From an uncultured Parachlamydiaceae bacterium (GTDB taxonomy: Bacteria > Chlamydiota > Chlamydiia > Chlamydiales > Parachlamydiaceae), in assembly GCA_963742415.1 (NCBI GenBank), contig CAVULX010000003.1, forward strand, positions 416,001 through 480,000: a stretch of 64,000 bases of DNA, given 5' to 3'. Positions 40,540 through 49,915 of the stretch are shown here, one piece after another. Below the pieces are notes generated by a model. The model saw only the letters and a list, made by a program, of their open reading frames with translations, was not told the DNA's origin and ran no database searches. Numbering within the stretch: the first letter of the stretch is position 1; each line of letters starts with the position of its first letter. The position numbers and the translations under genes were made by a program.

Positions 40540-41637
40540 CTATATTTTGTCCAACTTAATTTTAAGTTTATTGAGATGACTCCATGGCAAAGCTTTTTCT
40601 TTCTGCATTCTACCAACGACTATTCCTGGGGCAATATTTATTTCTTTAGCAAAGGCTCTAACTGCTTTTTCACTTTTATGCAACGTCAATAATTTAGGGA
40701 TGTAATCATTAGGAATGAGGGTTTGACAAGCAAAGTTGTCGGCTTCCTTTTCTTGCTTATCGTCCATTTGTCCTTCTACATCAATAAACCAGAGCTTTTT
40801 GCTATGTAAAAGCAAATGACCAGCCTCATGAAAAAATGAAAACCAAAATTGGTCATTCGTTTTATATCGATCACTTAATATGATTAAAGCCTTATCTGGC
40901 CCTAACCATCTCGTTGCACCGCTTATAGGACAACCTTTCGGAGCCCGAACAATCGCTAAAGCTACTCCAGCATCAGCACATACTTGAACTAGTTTTGGAA
41001 TAAAAATTTCTTCGTTCTCTTCCTGAGTTAGCTTTCTCACTTCTTGAAGAGTCGAAAGAAATGTATTTCGATTAAAAGGAGCGCATGAAATCTCTACTAC
41101 TTGCCGCTCTCCTTGTCGGAGCCATGCTGAAGTGGATCCTTTATGATTGTCTGTTAAATTAGATGAGCGAAAGGCCGCAATTGGGGTTTGATATTTAGAC
41201 TCCCATGCATCAACCGAAGCTACCCCAAAAAATTTTAAGCATTCAGATACAAGCTCTCTTTTATCCGCCCATTTTTTAATCCAACCAAAACTTATCATAT
41301 CCTTTAAGGGTAGTTCTTTAAGCCAACTAACACTATCATTTAAGTAGTTGAGGTCTTCTTTTCTCGCAATAGCCTCGCGATACAAAGCTTCTCGATTCAA
41401 CCAAAAATTAACTGTGCTTCCTAAAACTCTTTCTAATTTTATGGCGGCATCTTCTGTAAGAGAAACTTTTCCCTGAATAAGTAAATTTACGTGTTTTTTT
41501 GTATACCCAATCCTCGAAGCAAATTCAGTTTGAGACCAGCCGCGTTCTTCCAATAAATCTGCAATAGTGGCCCCTGGTGGAATTACCCAATCAGGGTTAA
41601 ATTGACGGGAGAGTTCTTTACTCATGATAATCCTCAA
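40540..41637 (-). CDS. higA: HigA-type Xre antitoxin fused to ImmA/IrrE metallopeptidase domain
   Basis: PPGATI...SQTEFASRIG...FWLN HigA HTH; WFSFFHEAGHLLLH (HExxH) and EKEADNFA. Confidence 0.88.
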   Translation of the reverse strand: MRIIMSKELSRQFNPDWVIPPGATIADLLEERGWSQTEFASRIGYTKKHVNLLIQGKVSLTEDAAIKLERVLGSTVNFWLNREALYREAIARKEDLNYLNDSVSWLKELPLKDMISFGWIKKWADKRELVSECLKFFGVASVDAWESKYQTPIAAFRSSNLTDNHKGSTSAWLRQGERQVVEISCAPFNRNTFLSTLQEVRKLTQEENEEIFIPKLVQVCADAGVALAIVRAPKGCPISGATRWLGPDKALIILSDRYKTNDQFWFSFFHEAGHLLLHSKKLWFIDVEGQMDDKQEKEADNFACQTLIPNDYIPKLLTLHKSEKAVRAFAKEINIAPGIVVGRMQKEKALPWSHLNKLKIKLDKI

Positions 41638-41983
41638 TGGAAAGTATTCTTACAATGGTTACTTGGTTCCAATCAACAGACCCATTATTTGTTTTTGGAA
41701 TGGGGCTGTTACCACACTCAAAAATTAGTCTCAATGCACCCGAAATACTAACACTGAACTGACCCAAACGTTTGTATTTTAACGGATGTGGTCTACCAGA
41801 AACCAATTCGCTTACATTATTCGCAGCTTGAAGATCGGCTATTCGTATTTTCAGCTTATTTGCACACGCATTTCCAAATTTTTTCTTCATTAATTTCTCA
41901 TTTTCGCAAAGATCTTGAAGATCTAAGGTGTCAAATTCAATCTTCACAACGCCCCTTTCCGATAAAATCATTGATTGGAGCAT
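41618..41983 (-). CDS. higB: HigB/RelE-family toxin (killer-suppression type)
   Basis: GRPHPLKYKRLGQFSVSISGALRLIF...IEDYH; upstream of and overlapping higA; real start probably GTG near 41947. Confidence 0.85.
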   Translation of the reverse strand: MLQSMILSERGVVKIEFDTLDLQDLCENEKLMKKKFGNACANKLKIRIADLQAANNVSELVSGRPHPLKYKRLGQFSVSISGALRLIFECGNSPIPKTNNGSVDWNQVTIVRILSIEDYHE

Positions 41984-42012
41984 TTATGTATACCAATATG
42001 GTATACATAAAT
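41982..42012. promoter_or_regulatory. Palindromic operator upstream of higBA
   Basis: ATTTATGTATACCA-ATA-TGGTATACATAAAT, perfect 14-bp arms. Confidence 0.65.
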
Positions 42013-42169
42013 ACAAGTCAATATAACAGTTATCTTTTGGGGGACAGGCTTAAATGATTACGATACAGTCTTGTGGCATTCTTAAGAGGGTTTTTAGCTG
42101 GCAATCGAATAATTCAAATAGGTATAGCCACAGAGATAATGCAAAAAGTTTCGAGGAGGCCAAGATTCG

Positions 42170-42515
42170 AAACAGACATAGCGAGATAACCTTAAATCCG
42201 CAATTGATCTTTGCCTCTAGAACCTATGTCGACCATTTCGAGGATATCCTCGAAATGGTCGACAATATTGCTTCCGTATTAGATTTCCTAAAATTTATCT
42301 GTCATATCTACGACAAATTGCGAAGTTCCTTGAACTGCAATTGGTCTTTGTGTTCAGAACCTATGTCGATCATTTCGTTGATATCAACGAAATGATCGAC
42401 AATATCATGTCCGCTATCTTTGCATGCTTCTGAGCTTTTTTCGATAACATTAAGAAAATCACGGTACTCATTGTACTCCAATGCTTTGGCCAATTTTCTG
42501 GCACTCCAAAATTTG
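42170..42515 (-). pseudogene. dinD: dinD (DNA-damage-inducible protein D) N-terminal fragments, partly duplicated
   Basis: FWSARKLAKALEYNEYRDFLNVIEKSSEACKDSGHDIVDHFVDINEMIDIGS and a second copy DHFEDILEMVDIGS...LRLSRYVC. Confidence 0.75.
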
Positions 42516-42646
42516 CAGCCTTCCTATTAGCGTTAGGGATTCGCTCCAGTTTTTTTACAGTGCGGCTCACCTTATCGATAATGAAAGTGCCTCATGTTGA
42601 ACGATAAAAGAGATATCTATCTTTAGGAAAACCTTCAAAACATGGA

Positions 42647-42886
42647 TTGATTCTTGAGGCTCACAAACGTGCAATTCCCTCATCTCTCAATTTAAATAAC
42701 ATTACAATATTTTTAAAACATGCTACCGCAGCACTTAAGCTTCTCGCGCAAGCCTTAGCTGTTTTTTTTGATAAAGGCTGGCGAGAAGCTAAATTCGATG
42801 ACATATTAGAATATATTGAGAAAAAACAAAACGATGTTGATGAGAGTTGGTCGTTAATCTATCTGCTAAAAAACAACCTAGAATGA
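42647..42886 (+). other. Short ORF/gene fragment of unknown origin
   Basis: 79-aa ORF with TTG start directly after a duplicated patch. Confidence 0.25.
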
Positions 42887-43068
42887 TTCCAGGATAAACT
42901 TCCCTAAGAGATTTAAACATTGCTTAGATTCCTTTGTCCCTTTTCCACCAAATACTGCATTTTCCTAGCAGAATGATCTTTCTTTGAGGGAAGTAGCTTA
43001 TCGAGAATAATTTTAGATTTTTTTCATTTCTTGCCTTGGCAGACAGACTTTTTTTAAAGAAAAATTTA

Positions 43069-43569
43069 TTATTTTAGAGACTTTAGAAAAAAATCCGCAT
43101 CGTTTTGGCTTCTGAAAATAAGAAACTGCACTTTGGGGTATTTTTTTCGCAGTTCTTCGATCCTGTATCTCTTTTCCTTATCGAAATTCCAGATGTATTT
43201 CAAAATTTCTAGATTAACGGCTCTTAAACCACCAAATTCTTTTTGATAATTGAAAATTCTTTTAATGATTCTCCAAAAACATACCACCCGAGGAAAATGA
43301 AAATATATTAGAACATCCGCTTTTGCAAATCTCATTTCAAAAGTTGAAAACGAGCATCCTTCAACAATCCAAGACTCTTCATCAAGCATAGCCTTTTGAA
43401 TGGCTATGAACTCTTGTTTATCTTTTTTCTTTCCATCAGGCTCAAACATATGTCTGTCCAGATGATGCACAGGAATGTTCAAAATTCTGCCGATTTCAAC
43501 AGCAAAGGTTGACTTGCCGCTTCCTGGCAGCCCAATTAATGCAAATTTCTTTGTATGAGCGCTAAGCAT
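43069..43569 (-). CDS. Topology modulation protein/FlaR-like P-loop kinase
   Basis: GLPGSGKST, HHLD, WIVEG, RFAKAD motifs. Confidence 0.8.
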   Translation of the reverse strand: MLSAHTKKFALIGLPGSGKSTFAVEIGRILNIPVHHLDRHMFEPDGKKKDKQEFIAIQKAMLDEESWIVEGCSFSTFEMRFAKADVLIYFHFPRVVCFWRIIKRIFNYQKEFGGLRAVNLEILKYIWNFDKEKRYRIEELRKKYPKVQFLIFRSQNDADFFLKSLK

Positions 43570-43629
43570 TTCTATTTTTATGCCTCTATACTGGAATGTA
43601 AACCCAAAAAGTTTTTTAAGCCTTGTTAT

Positions 43630-45063
43630 TTAGGGTTTCAAAAATTCTGAAAAATCAATGATTTTATCAAAATGGCCACTCTCAATTACCCCTTGAGTCA
43701 CTCCATTCACATGAATCAAAACAGGACGAATTGAATACCCTTTTGGATAAGTCAAACGTTTAATTTTTTCTTCAACATCTGCAACGACCTGTTTTCCAAC
43801 TTCTGACAAGCAAAATTTTATTTCACAAAGATAAAGTGTGCCGAATTTTGTCTGAATCAGAAGATCGATTTGACACCCTTTATTCTTAGTGTTCTTTTTT
43901 TGAAAAAAGGGGCCGGATTTTTCAACATCTTGAATGGCAATCCCTAAGATCTCACACAATTTATGGATATTATTTATCACTAGATTTTCAAATTGAAGTG
44001 CCATGATGGCTTCCCAACCTGAGAGACTCGTTATCGAGTCTGGGGAAAAGCCATTTTGTTCGATCTTTGAGCTATTTGGTTCGATGAACTTTAGATAGAA
44101 TCTAATATAGTTATCTTTCAGACGAAATAGTTTTAAATTAGATTCTTTTTTGTTTTTTATATTCCATGTTCGATCTTCTGAAACAAATCCAGCGGATATT
44201 AATTCGTGTAAATACTTTGAAATATTGCCACTTTTATCAATTCCGAGGGTCGCACATATCTCATCTAAATTTTTTGCTCCTCCTGACAATACTCTGATAA
44301 TTTTATCAAAAGTACCTGCTCTCTTAGAAAATAAGTCAGAAAAGATTTGATTATACTCTCTATAGAGAAGCCCTTCCTGCCTAAAACATAAATGATTAAT
44401 ATTCTTTTCTGCGGATTCAGTAGGAACAATTTCTTCAATATATTTAGGTACCCCTCCAGTAACTCCTAAAATTTTTAGTTTTTCATAAGCACTTATTCGC
44501 TCTTTCTTTGCAGCCCAAAATTGGTTACAATCGGTTAAAGAAAGTTCTCTGACCTCGAGTTTTACAGAAATTCTTCCAAAGAAACCTGTGCTATTAAGAA
44601 TATTTTCTTCAATCCAACTAGAAACGGATCCACACAATATTAAAATCAAATTGGGATGCTTTGAGAAGGTCTTATCCCATTCTGTTTTCAAATAACCTAA
44701 AAAATTGGAGTCTTTAGACCCCATCCATGATATTTCATCAAAAAAAATGATGATATTGCTTTCCTTTTGAGCCTGGTTACCAAGATGCCAAAATACTTCA
44801 CTCCAATCTGATGTTTTTAGTTCTGGCATTCCAATATTTCGTGCCATTTCTCGAACAAAATAATTTATTTCATCTTGGTGAGTTTTGTATTCTTGTGGAG
44901 GCAATCCAGAAAAACTCCATGATTTTTTTCCTTTTAAAAACTCTGCAATGAGCGTACTTTTTCCTATTCTTCTTCGACCCCAAACGACAGCAAGACTTGC
45001 AGTTTTTTTCATTCGAAGCCGTTCTAAGACTTCCAACTCTTTCTTTCTTCCAAAAAAATGCAT
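43630..45063 (-). CDS. AAA ATPase ('archaeal ATPase') with wHTH and C-terminal PD-(D/E)xK nuclease-like domain
   Basis: FFGRKKE, GRRRIGKSTL, FFDEISW, LCGS, TGGVPKY, QIDLLI...LCEIK. Confidence 0.88.
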   Translation of the reverse strand: MHFFGRKKELEVLERLRMKKTASLAVVWGRRRIGKSTLIAEFLKGKKSWSFSGLPPQEYKTHQDEINYFVREMARNIGMPELKTSDWSEVFWHLGNQAQKESNIIIFFDEISWMGSKDSNFLGYLKTEWDKTFSKHPNLILILCGSVSSWIEENILNSTGFFGRISVKLEVRELSLTDCNQFWAAKKERISAYEKLKILGVTGGVPKYIEEIVPTESAEKNINHLCFRQEGLLYREYNQIFSDLFSKRAGTFDKIIRVLSGGAKNLDEICATLGIDKSGNISKYLHELISAGFVSEDRTWNIKNKKESNLKLFRLKDNYIRFYLKFIEPNSSKIEQNGFSPDSITSLSGWEAIMALQFENLVINNIHKLCEILGIAIQDVEKSGPFFQKKNTKNKGCQIDLLIQTKFGTLYLCEIKFCLSEVGKQVVADVEEKIKRLTYPKGYSIRPVLIHVNGVTQGVIESGHFDKIIDFSEFLKP

Positions 45064-45085
45064 TAATTTTTCGTCCTATAATGTG

Positions 45086-45185
45086 TTTTATGATATGAGA
45101 AAGCATTGCAATTTCACATCATAAAATAGCGATTTCTCTATTTCATGATATAAAATCCAGAGATTTTTTCATATCATAAAATAGC
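45086..45185. promoter_or_regulatory. Two tandem palindromic operator-like units upstream of the AAA ATPase
   Basis: TTTTATGATATGA...TCACATCATAAAATAGC followed by TTTCATGATATAA...TCATATCATAAAATAGC. Confidence 0.55.
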
Positions 45186-45307
45186 CATCTGGCGGATGAG
45201 ACCATCTGATAATTGCTAATAATTAATGCTACGCATTTAGACATGGATAAGATATAAATCAATTGGAAACAGCAGCTTGAATGCGGTTCTTGTGAGAAAA
45301 AATGGGA

Positions 45308-45381
45308 CTGGATGAAGCAGCCAAAAACTGGTAAATACTTGTATGGGTTCAAGGGATTGGGGTTCAAATCCTCGCACCAGA
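45308..45381 (+). pseudogene. Degenerate tRNA-Pro copy (old att site)
   Basis: CTGGATG...ACTTGTATGGGTTCAAGGGATTGGGGTTCAAATCCTCGCACCAGA aligns with the split tRNA; the downstream TTCTTTTTTCTCAA also matches 34269 onward. Confidence 0.7.
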
Positions 45382-45513
45382 TTCTTTTTTCTCAAAGGCT
45401 TATGCACAAACATTAAGCTAGCATAAGTCTTTTAATCTCTTTCTTGCGGCAGGTATATATCCTCAATGGTGGGTATAAAATTGCACGCCTGGATCGCTTC
45501 CGTATTAGATTTC

Positions 45514-46569
45514 CTAAAATTTATCTGTCATATCTACGACAAATTGCGAAGTTCCTTGAACTGCAATTGATTTATGAGGGGTTCCTTTCGTGAAGTTGAT
45601 ATCCTTTAAATCAATACCTCGAATAGTAAGATCATTGTATGATCGGTATTGCAATATACACAGAGATAAATCTTTGACTACATCATAACGAGTAGTTTCA
45701 AAAAATTCCTTTTCTTCTATGGGGAAGATAGCCATTCCTTTAGGAATATCCACGTTATTCAAAATATGCCAGGCAGAATTCATGGCTAGAGGACCATCCT
45801 GTTTTGCGACATATTCAACACTTTTAGCAACACGAACAAAGCGGGAATCGGAAGCCCAGTCGCCTGGTAGACCTGACATCGAGCTTCTAAAACTGATATT
45901 TGGTATTTCCACACCATTGATTTGAATTTTTTCAGGAAGAGTGGTTTTTATAAAATTATAGCGTCCTAAATTTAAATGTTGTTGTGGCAATGGTGGGTCA
46001 TTCGTTAGTACTCCAATGGGATTATCGTAAACGCGCACCTTGCCTTTGGTAAATTCAATAACCAAATTTTTTCCTGTCTTATCGTGTAAGGCTATATGGA
46101 GTTTAAGACTGGCTAGAGGACCTACTGATGTTGTTCCTCCCCATATTTTGACATTCTTCAATGCATTTGTAACTTCTTCAACAGTTGCAAAATTACCTAA
46201 AATCCACGAGCCTACATCAATGATGGCCAAAGCTTGCTTGGCTTCACTAGGGTCGACTTTTTGATATTCAGCACACATTAAAGTGAGAAAGCCGAATGAA
46301 AGTCCAACTTCATTAAGGCCTTCCACAGCATCATCAATATCAAAAGCATTGAAGTTTACATAACCATATTTTGAAGTCCATTCCAAGCCTGACCCAGGAC
46401 CTCCGTTTGGAGCTGTACTGACCCTTTTCTCTTCACGGTTATGTACATTGAGCTGTGATTCCATGACTGTTGGAAATTCCATTGAACGGCCGCAAATAGA
46501 TGTCTTATCTGCAGCTAAAAGTTGAAAATCGCAACATGCAATAGAATGTCTTGGTTCAATAGCTGTCAT
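45514..46569 (-). CDS. Linear amide C-N hydrolase (choloylglycine hydrolase/penicillin V acylase family, Ntn hydrolase)
   Basis: Nucleophile region CCDF..GRSMEF, EGLNEVGLS, GVLTNDP, GLPGDWASDSRFVR. Confidence 0.9.
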   Translation of the reverse strand: MTAIEPRHSIACCDFQLLAADKTSICGRSMEFPTVMESQLNVHNREEKRVSTAPNGGPGSGLEWTSKYGYVNFNAFDIDDAVEGLNEVGLSFGFLTLMCAEYQKVDPSEAKQALAIIDVGSWILGNFATVEEVTNALKNVKIWGGTTSVGPLASLKLHIALHDKTGKNLVIEFTKGKVRVYDNPIGVLTNDPPLPQQHLNLGRYNFIKTTLPEKIQINGVEIPNISFRSSMSGLPGDWASDSRFVRVAKSVEYVAKQDGPLAMNSAWHILNNVDIPKGMAIFPIEEKEFFETTRYDVVKDLSLCILQYRSYNDLTIRGIDLKDINFTKGTPHKSIAVQGTSQFVVDMTDKF

Positions 46570-46752
46570 TTGAAAAAACCTCCAAAAATGTGTTAAACAA
46601 CTTTAAAGATAAAAAATTTATTTAGATTTTGTAAAGTTTTTTTACGAAAAACTAGTTAAACCATCGATACTCCGTTATGGTGCGGATGTACCTTGTCTAT
46701 CAAGAAAAGCGGATTCGACAAAAACTGTTCCTAAAAATGGATTGATACGTGT

Positions 46753-48282
46753 TTATTTTGTTTCGCTCTCTAATTGACAGTCCATTTTTTCTACAGTGGA
46801 ACGCTCCTTATCGATAATGAAAGTGCCTCTCGTTGAACGATACAAGAGATATCTATCTTCAGGAAAACCTTCAAAATCGGCATTATCCAAAAAAGTCCCA
46901 TCACCAAAATCATCTATAAGCGCATTTATTAAATCAGACATATTTGTGATGTTGGTGAGTTTGTAGGGCTCTTGCGTGAAAGGAATAAAACGGTGGGTGA
47001 AAGTTTTTTCTTTCAATATATTTTTCGCTTCTCTATTCCAAGTTTCTACATCATCGGTTTTGAAGCCTCGATTCAACATCTCATAATAAATGTTCATATG
47101 CCACCAACGGTTTTCCAAACTTTTTCCTTCTTTAAGGATGGTATCTAAGGTTGAAACATAATCGGCAATTTTGTGTTCGAAATAGGTCAGAGTTTTTCTA
47201 TCAGAACTCTCCTTATCACCGATAAGTTCTTTATCAACTAAAGCTTTTATGTCATTTTTTAGCCTTAATTTTATGGGAACCATCATTTCAAATCTTTCAA
47301 TAGATAGTTTTTTTATTTTCTTCAATTCTTTTAAGGCATACAAGTTGATAAATGGGACTGCAATATGCAAAGTGATGCCATCAGGAAGGGACCTATATTC
47401 ACGTATATTATAATCCAATGGATTTAATATTTCATTTATATCATTAAAAAGTTGTGAACCCGAATAACAGGCATCATCGACAGTCAATAGATGTTTTACA
47501 TTCGGGTATTTTTCTAAACACTCATATAAATCTTCATATCTATTTGATGAAATGGCTTCAGGTTTAAATTTTAAAAATCTCAACGCAAGAGAAGTTGCCC
47601 AACTGTTGCTCCGATTTACGCTAGTTTGGCTCAAGGGCTGATTCACGATTAAAATATATTTTCTTTCCTCTACAGGACGACACATTAATTTTTCATTGAA
47701 TGATTCTATCGATAAAGACAACCGGTGTTGAAATTTGGGGAAGGATCGATGAACAATGGCTTGTACAACCCTTGTTGCGAGGGGTCTAGATTCATCAGGA
47801 TGCATTTCTATCCATTCTTGCGCTTTTTTCCGGTCAATCGGATTTTCTTTTATAGGTTCTAAAGGTGTTTGGGTAATTCCAAATTGTTTGCCTTGTTCAA
47901 GCAATTCTGGGGTAAGTTCTTCTATTTCTTGGGTAAGTTGTTTTCTTTTTTGTTTGCGATATGAAAAAAGTCGAAATTGTCTTTGAATCTTTATCGCTGC
48001 TAATTCATGTTTATTGTATTCATTTGGTTTTAAAGGTTCTTTCTTTGAAAATCTTGAATTAAAGTCTGTTTTGTTGACTTGCTTTTTTTGGATTTTCGAA
48101 GAAATGAATTTATTTATGGTAATAAGAAAAACAATCGTTATAATTACTAGAACACATTTTTCTGGAGAAATCGAATTTTGATCATCCGAAGGTTCCTCTT
48201 TTACAGCAGAATCAAAAGAGGGTGGGTAAAATCCGCTCCAATTCTGAATACTCGAAATAAGTGAATTAATGATATTAGACAT
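46753..48282 (-). CDS. TM + IQ-motif + PRTase-like protein, candidate effector
   Basis: Hydrophobic VLVIITIVFLITI; IQ motif AAIKIQRQFRLFSYRK; PRPP-loop-like HLLTVDDACYSGSQL. Confidence 0.7.
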   Translation of the reverse strand: MSNIINSLISSIQNWSGFYPPSFDSAVKEEPSDDQNSISPEKCVLVIITIVFLITINKFISSKIQKKQVNKTDFNSRFSKKEPLKPNEYNKHELAAIKIQRQFRLFSYRKQKRKQLTQEIEELTPELLEQGKQFGITQTPLEPIKENPIDRKKAQEWIEMHPDESRPLATRVVQAIVHRSFPKFQHRLSLSIESFNEKLMCRPVEERKYILIVNQPLSQTSVNRSNSWATSLALRFLKFKPEAISSNRYEDLYECLEKYPNVKHLLTVDDACYSGSQLFNDINEILNPLDYNIREYRSLPDGITLHIAVPFINLYALKELKKIKKLSIERFEMMVPIKLRLKNDIKALVDKELIGDKESSDRKTLTYFEHKIADYVSTLDTILKEGKSLENRWWHMNIYYEMLNRGFKTDDVETWNREAKNILKEKTFTHRFIPFTQEPYKLTNITNMSDLINALIDDFGDGTFLDNADFEGFPEDRYLLYRSTRGTFIIDKERSTVEKMDCQLESETK

Positions 48283-48498
48283 TTTATTTACATTAAATAA
48301 TTAACTACATAATAAATGAATAATTTTATATTAAATGCAAATTTTAAACAAGATTGATTTTTATTTATGAATAATAGCAATTACCTTGCTAGCGTGGGAA
48401 GATTCATAAGTTTTGAAAAGTTCTTCAGTTTACCATCTGATAATTGCTATTAATTAGTGCTGCACATTAAGACATGGATATGATAGAAATTTATAGTA

Positions 48499-49125
48499 GT
48501 GATTATGAGTTCTGATTTCTTTCTTAAGGGTTTAATCTTAGGGTTTTCGATTGCTGCACCTGTGGGTCCGATAGGGATTCTTTGTATTCGAAAAACGTTA
48601 GTATTTGGCAGATTTTCCGGCTTTTTTTCTGGGTTGGGAGCGGCGGCCGCGGATACAATTTATGCCATCATTGCGGCGTTTGGACTGACTTTTATCTCCA
48701 ATTTTCTTCTGGCAGGACAATTTTGGCTTCGCTTAATTGGGGGTGGTTTTTTGCTTTATTTGGGTTGGATGACCTTTCATGCAAAGCCCCATTCACAATC
48801 TAACAATGTCTCCCATACCACCCTTTTTAATGATTTTATTTCTACCTTCTTCCTTACCATCACTAATCCGATAACGATTTTTTCTTTTTTGGCGGTTTTC
48901 GCAGGACTTGGGCTTTCCAACATTGAAGGAGATTATCTTCAGGCTAGTATGCTTGTGCTAGGCGTCTTTTTAGGTTCGGCTCTTTGGTGGCTGACACTTA
49001 GTGAAGGGGTGACCCTATTTCGCAATAAAATCAGTCAAAATATGATGACTTGGGTTAATAGAATCGCAGGCTCAATTATTTTTGTATTTGGCATCGTCGT
49101 TGTGTTATCCCTTTATTTCAATTGA
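48499..49125 (+). CDS. LysE-family transporter
   Basis: GFSIAAPVGPIGILC, GLGAAAADT, LTITNPITI, GVFLGSALWW. Confidence 0.9.
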   Translation: MIMSSDFFLKGLILGFSIAAPVGPIGILCIRKTLVFGRFSGFFSGLGAAAADTIYAIIAAFGLTFISNFLLAGQFWLRLIGGGFLLYLGWMTFHAKPHSQSNNVSHTTLFNDFISTFFLTITNPITIFSFLAVFAGLGLSNIEGDYLQASMLVLGVFLGSALWWLTLSEGVTLFRNKISQNMMTWVNRIAGSIIFVFGIVVVLSLYFN

Positions 49126-49204
49126 TGCAGCAAAATCCGCAATTTTTTTCTGATAGAGGGAATAGGGTCGATAGGGTATAGAGGGAGGAAAAGGGGAAGA
49201 GAGA

Positions 49205-49840
49205 ATGGGATCTTCATTATCGACAAATATGCTTTATCGCTCCCATCCGTGGCATGGATTGTCTTTGGGAGAAAAAGCTCCAGAAGTTGTCAACTGCTAC
49301 ATCGAAATGGTGCCTACAGATACTGTGAAATATGAGTTAGACAAAGCGACAGGGATCCTTAAAGTAGACAGGCCTCAGAAATATTCGAGCCTTTGTCCAA
49401 GCCTTTATGGCCTCCTTCCCCAAACATATTGCGGGCCCTTGGTAGCCAAGCATTGCATGGAAAAAAGCGGACTCACAAACATTATGGGAGATGAAGATCC
49501 TCTGGACATTTGTGTTTTAACCGAAAAGGTTATTCCCCGCGGCGACATCATGCTAAGAGCTCACCCCATAGGGGGATTCCGCTTAATTGATGGGGAGCAA
49601 GCCGATGATAAAATCATTGCTGTTTTGATGGGGGATTTTATCTATGACAGATTCAAAGACATTAACGATTGTTCTGAAAATTTGATCGAGAGGCTCCGTC
49701 ATTATTTTCTCACCTATAAGGATTCTCCCGATCGAATTAACTGCAAGGTAAATATCACCCATACGTTCGGGGTTAAAGAAGCCTATAAAATTATTGAGCT
49801 TTCTCAACAAGATTACAAAACTAAATTTTCAATAAACTAG
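49205..49840 (+). CDS. ppa: Inorganic pyrophosphatase
   Basis: HPWHG, KYELDK, YGLLPQTY, GDEDPLDI, DDKIIAV. Confidence 0.95.
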   Translation: MGSSLSTNMLYRSHPWHGLSLGEKAPEVVNCYIEMVPTDTVKYELDKATGILKVDRPQKYSSLCPSLYGLLPQTYCGPLVAKHCMEKSGLTNIMGDEDPLDICVLTEKVIPRGDIMLRAHPIGGFRLIDGEQADDKIIAVLMGDFIYDRFKDINDCSENLIERLRHYFLTYKDSPDRINCKVNITHTFGVKEAYKIIELSQQDYKTKFSIN

Positions 49841-49915
49841 AAGGCCATTTTAGGAAGAATTGACGTTAAAATTATTATTAGATAGGTTTAGCATTCTAAT
49901 AATTGGAGTGTTGGT

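Larger units (their letters stand above)
34269..45381. mobile_element. Second tRNA-Pro-associated genomic island (defence/TA cargo and remnants)
   Basis: Lies between the tRNA 3' fragment and a degenerate tRNA-Pro copy; AT-rich accessory genes, pseudogenes and a second DUF5681 remnant. Confidence 0.65.

Noticed and set aside
42054-42395. 113-aa plus-strand ORF across the dinD mosaic
   Set aside because: Composed of palindrome and copied antisense patches; likely fortuitous, although a new chimeric peptide cannot be excluded.
42220-42405. Repeat-spacer-repeat as a mini CRISPR array
   Set aside because: Only two non-identical repeats, which are in-frame dinD coding sequence; the spacer is ~100 bp; no cas genes or leader in the window.
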